A stretch of 64,000 nt of DNA from Williopsis jadinii (lineage: Eukaryota), in NCBI GenBank assembly GCA_024346625.1, contig AP024665.1:1612001-1676000 (forward strand), written 5' to 3'. The notes beneath the pieces were generated by a model that did not search any database, had not been told where the DNA came from, and worked only from the letters and a program-made list of their open reading frames with translations. This document shows, in pieces, positions 53,156 to 64,000 of this stretch; position 1 is the stretch's first letter; each line of letters starts with the position of its first letter. The position numbers were made by a program, and so were the translations under genes.

Positions 53156-55879
53156 CTATACAAGCCCTTGTTCCTTCCCGTAGTTTAAAACATCTTCACA
53201 GCAGTGGAAGTCGTTAAAATACTTATCCTGTGTTGCACTGTCGTCGTCCTGGCTGAGTTTCTTACGACGTGGGTTCAACACTCTTAGCAATCTCTCCAAC
53301 TTCTCACGGGATTCATCACCACTGAGATCTGTGATGCCTTTACTCCGTACCAATTTATCCAACAAGTAGTGCAACCACATGAGGTTTGTTCTGAATGAAC
53401 TTAAGCTCCAATCAACCTCACTATCCTCACTTTTTTGTAATGATTTTAGCTCAGAACGCATCATTCTATAAATGTCAAATTGATAATCACCCCGACCTTT
53501 GAAAAAGTCCTGGTGGTCTAGCCTGGTATGAATGACGGACCCATCTGAGCTTTGAAGCCTAGAGAGTGTATAATCAATTATCTTCACGCTGAATTCATCC
53601 TGGCTTAGTGTTGGACCCTCATCGTCATCATTCTCCTCAATAAAACTCAGATCTTGGAATGCATCTTCCAGTCTATGGCTTCCATGTTGGCTCTGTTTGT
53701 ACTCAATAACGATATTTCCCCAATGAAGATCACGATGTTCAAACTGATAGAGCTTTTCAGCCCTGGTTAGCGAATAAGCAACACTCCAAAAGATCTCCAA
53801 TGCCTGTTTCCACTTCAAAAGTTTGAAGTGCTCTAGATCAACACCACCATATTCCAAGTCCATGAGGAGATATCTCTGTGTCGGTTCGAATTCAGGTCTA
53901 AAATTATTGGAACCTTTTAACTCGTTGTAATCGTCCCATAGCTTCAACATCAGTTTTGGATAACAACCTTCGACAACGTGGCATGAGTTTAATTTGATAA
54001 ACCCATCTAGAGAGTTCAATTGCAAATTGACTTTCAACTCTTGGATGACATTCTCCAAGCAAGGTTGTTCAAATCTTTCATCTCCAAATGGGATAACCTT
54101 GAAGATCTTTAGATTTTCCTGTGTTAAGTAGTTCTTCAGGACAAAGACTTCACTATAGGATGCTTCCGCATATTTGACCAAGATTTGATTCTCCATATTC
54201 ACGTACTGTGAGATGTAACTTTTGAAATCGAGAATTCTATCAGTTGAAGTCAAGTTCAACAACGACTTCAACTGCTGATCGTCATAGCTTGCCAGTGTGG
54301 TGCAAGGAACGATGGAGCTTGGTGCTCCTGATATCACACTGTTAATTGAAATAATAGACGAACTGTTCTTCAACTTGTTTTTCAGTTTATTTGCCGAATC
54401 TGTATCAGGTTTAGGTAATGAAATCATCATTTTGTCAACAGATTGTCTCCTCTTCAAATCCTGTAACGATTCTTTCTTAACCAATCTGAACAGTGATTGT
54501 TTACTGGAGGACATTGACAATACGCTTTTTCTCATATCACCAAAGGATGATCTTCCTCTGACAGTCCTTATAGATTCGCTATCTCCCGTGTCCTTCTTCG
54601 AAGAAGTGAACAATGAACTCAGTCTAAATCTCGATTTGGATGATTTCAAACTGGACATTGTGTTTGTACTCAAAACACTTAATTGATCTCCCTCTGTAGA
54701 GACGCGAGAGAGGTCGTTCCTGCTATTTGGATTTCCGTTAAACGTTTGTGAGTAAACTTGAGATCTTTCTGCTTGGTAAGAGCTCTTGATAGTGGCATTT
54801 GTCACCGATGACACAGCCATGCTGTATTTTCTTGGAACCACCGGTGAAGAAACTGCTGGAGCGTTTGAGCTTGAGAGTGGTCTCTTGTTAGAGGACGCCT
54901 CTGCAACTGTTGGGTTTGGAATTACCGTGGAAGGTTCATTGACAACACCAGGTTGTACGTTCTTGAACGGAGTTGATTCATTTGATGCATCGCCAGAGCT
55001 TACTGAAACAGAGGAAAGGGCATTGCCAACTTTTGAAACAACGTTTTTGAAACTCGAAGAACTTGAGTTGGCTGAAGAGATTGAGAATCTCTTTGAGATG
55101 GTATCACTCTGTAAAGAGCTGATTGAAAATCTCTTTGTCTTTACTGAGTTACCACTGTCATCGTTAAAGCTCAGCATTGACCACCTTTTGCTTTGGTTAC
55201 TGTGGACACTTGATCTGTTCTTCTTCGATAAGTTTGACGAAGAAGTCCTTGGTAGTGAAGGTTTACTGGACAGCATCACCGACTGTCTCTTTTCTTGCGC
55301 TGTAACGCTGGAATTCGGCACATTATTCAACTCTTGCAGAATCGATTTGCGTTTACGATCGCCTGTTCCATTTGACGGTGTCTTTGATGATGTCTTTGAC
55401 AATGTCTTTGAAAGTGGCCTTGGCATCGTCTCATGGGAAGCTAAAGAGGAGGATGACAAAGGTCTAACCGAAGAACCTGCCGGTTTTGATACCGTTTGGT
55501 GTGTGACTTCTTGTTGTTGCTTGGCCGCTGGCCAGACACAGTACAAATTCTCATCATCTGACTCGTGATCTGAAACGGCAATGGAAATGATACCGGTACC
55601 ACCCCTTTGGTAAATATCATCCAGCGTATCATCATCTGCAACATCAACAGGATTGTGGGCAACTGCTCCGGCATAGTCCTCTTCATCTTCAACGTCACTC
55701 ATCTTGAAGCTATCGTTCGAAATGTCGAAATCTTCAGCCCTATGATCATGGGCCGTCGAATCTAACACAATGTCGCTCAAGGTGTATCGAGCTCTGTTTG
55801 ACGCCTTGTTGTACTTACCGTAGGTTGACCTCTGCTGTGTAACGATCAGCCCGTTTCTTCTCTCTCTATTACGTAGCAT
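53156..55879 (-). CDS. ALK1: Haspin-family kinase
   Basis: EASYSEVF, FEHRDLHWGN, IIDYTLSR, GDYQFDIYRMMR, TNLMWLHYL; long Ser-rich N-terminus. Confidence 0.88.
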   Translation of the reverse strand: MLRNRERRNGLIVTQQRSTYGKYNKASNRARYTLSDIVLDSTAHDHRAEDFDISNDSFKMSDVEDEEDYAGAVAHNPVDVADDDTLDDIYQRGGTGIISIAVSDHESDDENLYCVWPAAKQQQEVTHQTVSKPAGSSVRPLSSSSLASHETMPRPLSKTLSKTSSKTPSNGTGDRKRKSILQELNNVPNSSVTAQEKRQSVMLSSKPSLPRTSSSNLSKKNRSSVHSNQSKRWSMLSFNDDSGNSVKTKRFSISSLQSDTISKRFSISSANSSSSSFKNVVSKVGNALSSVSVSSGDASNESTPFKNVQPGVVNEPSTVIPNPTVAEASSNKRPLSSSNAPAVSSPVVPRKYSMAVSSVTNATIKSSYQAERSQVYSQTFNGNPNSRNDLSRVSTEGDQLSVLSTNTMSSLKSSKSRFRLSSLFTSSKKDTGDSESIRTVRGRSSFGDMRKSVLSMSSSKQSLFRLVKKESLQDLKRRQSVDKMMISLPKPDTDSANKLKNKLKNSSSIISINSVISGAPSSIVPCTTLASYDDQQLKSLLNLTSTDRILDFKSYISQYVNMENQILVKYAEASYSEVFVLKNYLTQENLKIFKVIPFGDERFEQPCLENVIQELKVNLQLNSLDGFIKLNSCHVVEGCYPKLMLKLWDDYNELKGSNNFRPEFEPTQRYLLMDLEYGGVDLEHFKLLKWKQALEIFWSVAYSLTRAEKLYQFEHRDLHWGNIVIEYKQSQHGSHRLEDAFQDLSFIEENDDDEGPTLSQDEFSVKIIDYTLSRLQSSDGSVIHTRLDHQDFFKGRGDYQFDIYRMMRSELKSLQKSEDSEVDWSLSSFRTNLMWLHYLLDKLVRSKGITDLSGDESREKLERLLRVLNPRRKKLSQDDDSATQDKYFNDFHCCEDVLNYGKEQGLV

Positions 55880-56529
55880 GGTCTAAGTGGCAATCTGAGT
55901 AGAAAAAACAAGCAACAATAAAAAGAAGGTGATGTAAACAAGGAGAGCTAAAGGTTGTGAGTCTGTAAGATCCCGCCGTTTCCAAGGGTAAAAGCCACTA
56001 TGCTAGATAAACCTTTGATCTGATCCGGCTAATGCTTGGGGAAAATGATAGGAAAAGAAGCAACGGAGAACGAGCGAAAGGTTTATGATTAGGAAAGATG
56101 GTTTAAAAGGAAATATCACCGTCCGCCCCCTTGGTGTTTCCTTTTGCTCGTGCTTGTTTAACTGGAATTTCAAGTGTTGAAGATCCCGATTTGCGATGGC
56201 GGCTAATTTTTGTGTTTTGATTTGGTTTTGTGGTTATTTTTTTGTGTTGTTGTTGTTTTCGGGCGGCGCGAACAGCATTTTTTTGCTGTTTGTTTACCTT
56301 ACACCGGTTACCACGGTGATTAAGGGGGTTTCAAAAGCAAAAGAGCAAGGGAAAGGAAAAGCAGTATGCGGTGTCTGGGTGTTTCACCACCGCGATCTTC
56401 ACAACCCACAACATTTAAAACACTATGATGTGCACACCATCAGAAGTCATCTACATGTCCAAGTTCCGAACTCATAACTAATGTACAATTAAAACCATAA
56501 AATATAAAACCCTTCCCAGAAAAAGCTCT

Positions 56530-56922
<393 letters not shown>

Positions 56923-57342
56923 TTATATACGAATCACCACCACACGTCTTCAACACTCGCTGTAATACAAACACAACCGCGTCGTACATTGTGTTTACGT
57001 TCTGTTAGTTACGCACAGGCACAGCGTAACTTTCAGCATAGAATTTTGTTTACATTCTGAAATTTACTGCGTGTTGACAACCCCACAGTGTAAATTCCAT
57101 CACGGTATTTGTTAGTGCTGATATTTACGCTGGGCTTTATGCGTAAATATGAGGATGGACCCCAGTTCTCTCCAGCGTTTGCCATTCCAGTTTTTACACT
57201 TATCCACGCCCTACTAGGGTAAACACCTGTGTAACTCTCAGAACGGAACATCCCCTCGCCGTCGAGGCAACGCAAAGGGGTGGCGCTGGAAATCAAAACA
57301 AAACAAACAGTGCGTACGCTTCCACCACTCAAGCTTTTATAA

Positions 57343-57822
<480 letters not shown>

Positions 57823-58192
57823 ATCTGAGGTGTTCCGCAAACTTGTATATTAGATGGGAATTGAATAATGTTTATGGTTATAGCTGGCTCTGTAGGCTTG
57901 TAGCACTAGCACCACTGCCTGAAACGGGTTCTTTCAAAGCAATGAACAACCATTCAGCACTGTCGTCCATTGAACAGCATTCCATTGAACAGCATCCCAT
58001 GCTTTGAACCTGGTTGCTTATGTAAGCCTCTTCCGGCAAATCGCCATCGGAAACAAACAAGCGCAAAAGTAGCAAAAGGCATCTGGGCGCAAGGCGAACT
58101 TCCACTTCCACAACACCCTAAACAGCTACAAAGGAGGCCGCCCTGACCAAAGACTGCTATTTCGGGAAGGAAGAGACCTCAGTATACACAGG

Positions 58193-60469
58193 ATGATTGG
58201 AAGAGTACTGAACCAGAGGTCTTCGGCTGCTCTGTTGCGCTCTCTTCAGGCTTGTGGGAAGGGGAGAGCGTCTACGTTCAGACCCCGTCCATGGACGGTG
58301 TCACCAAGGGCGTTCTCTACGACGCCATTGACGGCGTTTAAACACTCGAGCAGTGTGTTTGAGGATAAGAAGGACAAGAGAGATGACGATAAGGCGGGTG
58401 AGAACAAGGCAGGGCAAGAGAAGAAGGGCAAAAAGGGTGACAAGAAGGATGATAAGGACCCATTTAAGGACATGTCACTGTCAGACTACTTCAAGTCGAA
58501 GGAGTTCCTGCGCTCGGTGTACATGACGCTTGGTTTCACGCTGTTCTTCTACTTCCTGTCGCCAAACGAGGCCAACAACCAGAATGTGCTGACATTCCAA
58601 GAGTTCAAGTCGAAATACCTCGAGAGAGGGTTGGTTTCGAAGATGTATGTTATCAACAAGTATGTCGTTGAGGCGGAGTTGAGGCCTGAAGCTGCCTCCC
58701 AGATCCCTAACGGCGGACTGTTTGGAGGAAAGCCAATCGTTGCCTTCACTATCGGCTCTGTTGATGTCTTTGAAGAGCAGATTGACGAGATTCAAGACCG
58801 TTTGAAGATCCCTTCAAGTGAAAGAATCCCAGTTATGTTTGTCGAAAGACGCTCAATCTTCAGTTTGTTGGCTCCGTTCTTGCCTACGATGCTCTTGCTA
58901 GGTGGATTGTTCTATATGACTAAGAAAATGCAAGGTGGTGCCGGAGGAGGTGGCGGAATGTCCAACATCTTCAACGTGGGTAAGAGTAAAGCCAAACTGT
59001 TCAACCAAGAGACAGATATTAAAGTCAAGTTCAAAGACGTTGCCGGCTGTGATGAGGCCAAGGAGGAGATTATGGAATTTGTTGAATTCTTGAAACGTCC
59101 TGAAAAGTATGAAAGATTGGGTGCAAAGATTCCAAGAGGTGCCATTTTATCTGGACCACCAGGTACCGGTAAGACCTTGTTGGCGAAGGCCACGGCTGGT
59201 GAAGCCGGTGTCCCTTTCCTCTCGGTTTCTGGTTCTGAGTTTGTTGAGATGTTTGTCGGTGTCGGTGCCTCTCGTGTTCGTGACTTATTCAAGACTGCTA
59301 GAAAAATGGCTCCAGCAATCATCTTTGTCGATGAAATCGATGCCATTGGTAAAGAAAGAGGTAAAAGTAACATGAGTGGTGGTAACGATGAAAGAGAGGC
59401 CACCTTGAACCAACTGCTCGTTGAAATGGATGGTTTTGAGTCTTCCGATCACATTGTCGTCTTAGCTGGTACAAATAGACCAGATGTCTTGGATCCTGCT
59501 TTGATGAGACCTGGTAGATTTGATAGACACATCTCTATAGATAGACCGGATATTGAAGGAAGAAAGGCAATCTACAAAGTCCATTTGCACAAGTTGAAAT
59601 TGAAGATTAACGAAAATGGTATCGCTAAAGAGGCAAATGAAGAATTGGCTGGTAGATTGGCTGCTCTCACTCCAGGATTTTCAGGTGCTGATATTGCTAA
59701 TGCTTGTAACGAAGCTGCCCTTACTGCTGCAAGACTAGGCGATGAATTTGTTGAGTTGAAACATTTCGAACAGGCTATTGAACGTGTCATTGCTGGTTTG
59801 GAGAAGAAGTCCAAAGTATTGTCTCCTGATGAGAAGAGAATTGTTGCTTATCATGAAGCTGGTCATGCTATCTGTGGTTGGTATTTGAGATGGGCAGACC
59901 CACTATTAAAGGTTTCTATCATTCCAAGAGGTCAAGGTGCGCTTGGTTATGCCCAATACTTGCCTCCAGATCAATACTTGCTCAGCGTTGATCAGTTTAT
60001 GGATAGAATGACAATGGCACTGGGTGGTCGTGTTTCTGAAGAGATTCATTTCAAGTCAGTCACATCCGGTGCACATGATGACTTCAAGAAAGTTACAAAC
60101 ATTGCCGAGTCCATGGTTACCACCTTGGGTATGTCTAAGAAGATTGGCTATATCTCCTACGATACGGATGGTCAAGGTGGGTTCCAGATTCAAAAGCCAT
60201 ATAGTGAAAAAACCTCAAGAACAATTGATCTGGAGAAGAGACGTATAATCGATGAGTGCTACGACAGATGTAAGCAACTTCTCATTGAAAAGAGCGATGA
60301 TGTCGAGAAAGTTGCACAACTCTTACTGAAGAAAGAGGTGCTTACTAGAGACGATATGATTTCACTTTTGGGTCCAAGACAATGGTCGGAGAACGCTGAA
60401 TTTGAAAAGTACTTGAATAACGGCTTAAAGAGTGATGGGTCCGGTGCTGAAGACGTTGCACCTGCTTGA
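58193..60469 (+). CDS. AFG3: Mitochondrial m-AAA protease subunit
   Basis: [27 protein letters not shown]; next to BIM1 as in S. cerevisiae. Confidence 0.9.
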   Translation: MIGRVLNQRSSAALLRSLQACGKGRASTFRPRPWTVSPRAFSTTPLTAFKHSSSVFEDKKDKRDDDKAGENKAGQEKKGKKGDKKDDKDPFKDMSLSDYFKSKEFLRSVYMTLGFTLFFYFLSPNEANNQNVLTFQEFKSKYLERGLVSKMYVINKYVVEAELRPEAASQIPNGGLFGGKPIVAFTIGSVDVFEEQIDEIQDRLKIPSSERIPVMFVERRSIFSLLAPFLPTMLLLGGLFYMTKKMQGGAGGGGGMSNIFNVGKSKAKLFNQETDIKVKFKDVAGCDEAKEEIMEFVEFLKRPEKYERLGAKIPRGAILSGPPGTGKTLLAKATAGEAGVPFLSVSGSEFVEMFVGVGASRVRDLFKTARKMAPAIIFVDEIDAIGKERGKSNMSGGNDEREATLNQLLVEMDGFESSDHIVVLAGTNRPDVLDPALMRPGRFDRHISIDRPDIEGRKAIYKVHLHKLKLKINENGIAKEANEELAGRLAALTPGFSGADIANACNEAALTAARLGDEFVELKHFEQAIERVIAGLEKKSKVLSPDEKRIVAYHEAGHAICGWYLRWADPLLKVSIIPRGQGALGYAQYLPPDQYLLSVDQFMDRMTMALGGRVSEEIHFKSVTSGAHDDFKKVTNIAESMVTTLGMSKKIGYISYDTDGQGGFQIQKPYSEKTSRTIDLEKRRIIDECYDRCKQLLIEKSDDVEKVAQLLLKKEVLTRDDMISLLGPRQWSENAEFEKYLNNGLKSDGSGAEDVAPA

Positions 60470-60587
60470 GATCTCAGAACAGTTGGCTGTTGTATCTTTT
60501 TTTCTGTACATAGAGAGAATAATTAGAAAACTTATGCATTCATAGCAGTTTGTAACGTTATAGAGTATTATACGATTCAAATTATCT

Positions 60588-60627
60588 TCAAAAAGTCTCC
60601 TCTTCCATATCAATGTCTGCAGCGTGT

Positions 60628-60662
<35 letters not shown>

Positions 60663-61532
60663 TTCCTCTTGTTGTAATTGCTGTTCATCGATATTATCAT
60701 CTGGAATTAGGAATCCCTCTTCTGTGCTATACAACACCTCTTGGATCTTGATTAGGATATCCTTCAGAGATGGTATTTCCACAGTAGAGGCTGCTCCTTC
60801 TTTCAACAGATCACTTGTAGTTTCAGTGAGGATCTCAATTTCACGAAGCTTGTTAAAGTAGAAGTTACGTTCAGATTCTAAAGCATCGAGGGCCCCTTTA
60901 TACTCTCCAAGCTCCTCCTCAACTTGTGCCAACGCACCTTGTGTCTGCTGCAGCTCCAGTTCTAGCTGTTTGTTCTGCTGTGACACCACTCTAGAACCTG
61001 GCGCCGATGTTGATGACGACGATACGTTTCTAGTTCTTGGTAACGCTGAGGAAGACACCCCGGCTGCTGAAGAGCCTGAAGCTGTACGACGCGAAGAGCT
61101 CAACGTCGACGTAGTCGGTGTTGTGCGTCTCGACTGTGCAGGTGTTGCTCTTGCGCTTGTACTTGGAGGAGGTGTGTATTTTCTTCTTGAATTTGGATCG
61201 TACTCGGATTCGTCCTTATTCTCTTTCCAGAACTTTCTAATCCACTGGAAGAACTCCAAGTTATCCTGGAATCTGCACTTGATGAGTCTCTCAACAGGAA
61301 CAGATTTCTGGATCTTGTGCTTCACCAACGCGGACTGTAGCACCTTGAAGTTGTTCAAGTACTCGTACTCCTTCGTGGCATCGAACTTGACCCTGTTCAT
61401 TGGCACATCGAGAAAGATGGAGTCCAAGATCTGGCAGTACGCAGCACCTGATCCCAGCTGTTCCACCTTGGTGTAGTTCAAATCCAGCATGCTATTCAGC
61501 CAGTTGAGCAGCTCGGTACGTGATTCGGTCAT
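60588..61532 (-). CDS. BIM1: EB1-family microtubule plus-end protein
   Basis: ESRTELLNWLN CH domain, QDNLEFFQW, ERNFYFNKLREIEIL, C-terminal EETF. Confidence 0.95.
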
Positions 61533-61995
61533 TGCATCCAATCGCTAAGGGTTCGGTGAGTAGAAGGTGAAGTCCGTTACGAACAGAGTGAAGCAAAGTG
61601 AAACAACGTTAAACAAAGTAAGAGCAGCGACGAAAAGTAAACAAAGGGCCGCGTTTTCGCGCTTTTTTCCGCTTTGGGGTGTCACGTGAAACAGGATGTT
61701 GTGTCATGTGACCTATAAGTTCTACACGGTAGTTTCTACAATATTGAGCCAATTTTGCCCTTTTCTTCTGGGTTTTAACCCTTTGCATCACTGGCGTAGA
61801 CAACAGAAGCCTCAGTTCAGCTGGTAAACCCACTGTTGTAGGGGTTATTGTCTCGGTTAAACTGCCCATTTGGGGATAACATCCGTGCATAATCAATTGC
61901 ATATGTATACTAGGCTCATATAAAGAGGCCCTCTAATGGTTTCCTCTCATTTGTCTTCACTCTATGGCATCTCCTTTTGCTTGTGAGTGTGTGTC

Positions 61996-63090
61996 ATGTC
62001 CTCCAAGCACAAGGTTCTCTTTGCAACAAACCCAGCACGTCGTGAGGTGCCAACCATTGCGGAGTTTAAGCGGTTTGAAGAGTTATTCGAAGTTGTTGTG
62101 TACCCGCTGGTCAGCATCGAACAGTTCCAACATGCGTTGCTTACTGACCTGAACGACATCTCAGCAATTTGGATAACAAAGCCACTGGTGCACCATGCTA
62201 CTCGTCTGAATAACTATATAGACTATCTGCCACCAACGGTGAAAGTGATTGCTCTAAGCGGTGTTGGCTATGATATGTACGACGTCCCCAAGTTGAAGTC
62301 AAAAGGTATCAAAGTGTGTAACATTGGTGATGCGCCTGCTAATGACGTTGCAGATATGGCGCTATCGCTAACGTTGTCCACCTTTAGATTCACTGCGTAC
62401 TTTGACAAGCTGTTGAGAGAATGTGACGGTGATAGTTCTAAAACGAAGAGGTTTCTTGGAAGTGAGGCTGTTGATGCCAACGGTAGGCCCTTGGAGGCAC
62501 CTGATGAGAGGTTTAACTGGACTAAGTTTGCCACAATTGGTGGTAAATCACTTGAGAGTCCTAATGGAAAGACTGCTGTCATCATTGGACTAGGCTCAAT
62601 TGGCAAACAAATTGCCATTAGGCTCTGGGCCCTGGGTATGAAGATTGTATACACCAAGCGAACACCTTTGGAAGAAGGATCGCTGCCGTTCGACACTGTG
62701 TACTATCCAACTATTGAGGAAGCACTTCCAGTTGCAGATCTGATAGTACTTGCTGTGCCGCATACTGAGCATACTGTGAACATAATCAACAGAGATTCGA
62801 TTAAACTGGTAAAGCGTGGTGTTAGAATCGTCAACATTGGAAGAGGAAGTGCCATTGATGAGGATGTCTTGTTCGAAGCGTTGGACAACGGTACAGTCAA
62901 CTCTGTGGGACTTGACGTGTTCCAGCACGAGCCACACATAGACAAGAGGTATCTCAATAGGCACGATGTTACGATCTCACCACATCTTGGGCCATTCACA
63001 AAAGACAACCATACATACATTGCAAAGAGGCAAATGGAGAATATCATTAACGTGCTGATAGAGAATGGTGATGGTATTAATCCTGTCTAA
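61996..63090 (+). CDS. D-isomer-specific 2-hydroxyacid dehydrogenase (glyoxylate-reductase-like)
   Basis: GVGYD, IIGLGSIG, VNIGRG, GLDVFQHEP, SPHLG. Confidence 0.9.
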   Translation: MSSKHKVLFATNPARREVPTIAEFKRFEELFEVVVYPLVSIEQFQHALLTDLNDISAIWITKPLVHHATRLNNYIDYLPPTVKVIALSGVGYDMYDVPKLKSKGIKVCNIGDAPANDVADMALSLTLSTFRFTAYFDKLLRECDGDSSKTKRFLGSEAVDANGRPLEAPDERFNWTKFATIGGKSLESPNGKTAVIIGLGSIGKQIAIRLWALGMKIVYTKRTPLEEGSLPFDTVYYPTIEEALPVADLIVLAVPHTEHTVNIINRDSIKLVKRGVRIVNIGRGSAIDEDVLFEALDNGTVNSVGLDVFQHEPHIDKRYLNRHDVTISPHLGPFTKDNHTYIAKRQMENIINVLIENGDGINPV

Positions 63091-63667
63091 CACGCCAGTA
63101 CCATTCTCCATAACCGTACACCGTTGATCTGTCGGATGTGGCTTCTTTGTTGAATATTCACAGTGTTCTCGTTTCCCAGCACAATGATACTCGTGGTTGT
63201 CTGCTCCATGAAGAGAACACCATCTGAATGGTTCTGCTCTTTCGTTTCTATACACGTTCACTATATACATCACTATACACATCCATCATACACATTCACT
63301 GACAGTTGTCCAGGATCTGTACACTCTCCTCGCCATTCTCATACTCACCTTAGAGTGCCATAACATCCTTCATCCTCATCTTCGAGCAGCGGAGGCTCTC
63401 ATTTGAAACCTCATCTCCCATACGTAGATCTAATGGCCTTATAAGCCCAAAGAGAGTACAAGAACTGCAGTTTTTCCATTACAATAACAACACCATATCA
63501 GTGCCTAGTTCCATAATCATCATCATAGGTCTTCTTGTGTAAAAGATGGTTCTGCTGGTGAGAAAATGGAATAAGAACCTTCAAAATTGGTATAAAACAG
63601 TGCTTACGATGTGTTGTTCCTGATGAATATTGCTTACATAATCAGACCTTGCCACATATCGGGGAAA

Positions 63668-63696
63668 CACGAAAGAAACGCGAAAATGCGACGCGT
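63668..63696. promoter_or_regulatory. SCB/MCB G1/S elements upstream of SMC1
   Basis: CACGAAA 63668, ACGCGAAA 63678, ACGCGT 63691. Confidence 0.65.
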
Positions 63697-63812
63697 AAAT
63701 CAAAAAAAGTCAAAAAATGGAATAAGTTCTTTCTGTTTACATATCAACAAACACAACAAAACCACGGCGGTTGACGAAGCAAACAAGGCGGTTAACTTTT
63801 AAACGGTAGGAA

Positions 63813-64000
63813 ATGGGTCGTTTGATTGGATTGGAGCTCCACAACTTCAAATCGTACCGTGGGACGGTGAGCGTTGGGTTTGGTTCAGCGAATTTCACAT
63901 CGATCATTGGTCCAAACGGGTCTGGTAAGTCGAACATGATGGACGCCATATCCTTCGTGCTGGGTGTGAGAGCAAGCCACTTGAGATCTAACCAGCTGAA
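63813..64000 (+). CDS. SMC1: Cohesin SMC subunit, 5' part (runs off the window)
   Basis: [42 protein letters not shown]; absent from the ORF track because it is truncated. Confidence 0.95.
   Translation, partial: MGRLIGLELHNFKSYRGTVSVGFGSANFTSIIGPNGSGKSNMMDAISFVLGVRASHLRSNQL

Overview
Gene-dense window of a budding-yeast (Saccharomycotina) nuclear chromosome. CTG falls at conserved Leu positions (CDC55 'VVLFER', SAM50 'LELNFVLP'), so the code is standard, not CUG-Ser or CUG-Ala; the species cannot be named from sequence alone. The first ~4.8 kb is ORF-free and visibly more AT-rich than the rest, a centromere candidate. Next to it is a gene for a CENP-B/pogo-type double-HTH DNA-binding protein that has no DDE domain and a Q-rich tail, which looks like a domesticated transposase. 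About 38 mostly conserved genes follow: RCN1, GPM1, SAM50, CAB2, CRZ1, PUB1, COX4, RPS26, UBP1, AIM19, SIW14, a Zn2Cys6 TF, AVT7, a Bar1/Lac1-type ceramide synthase, SSN8, SNZ1/SNO1, PTC2, TRP2, CDC55, COX13, IME4, an orphan ORF, MPO1, a DUF3445 protein, an IRC19-like gene, tRNA-Ser(GCU), COX18, SPT4, STF2/TMA10, ATE1, JAC1, GET1, CKB1, ALK1 (haspin), histones H4/H3, AFG3, BIM1, a 2-hydroxyacid dehydrogenase and the 5' end of SMC1. Five spliceosomal introns missed by the ORF track were reconstructed by hand (SAM50, RPS26 5'UTR, TRP2, IME4, SPT4). A Rap1/telomere-like motif (GGTGTNYGGRTGT) recurs in intergenic DNA, and there is a dense CACGTG cluster upstream of TRP2. Gene calls come from recognising protein motifs by eye; no database search was run.
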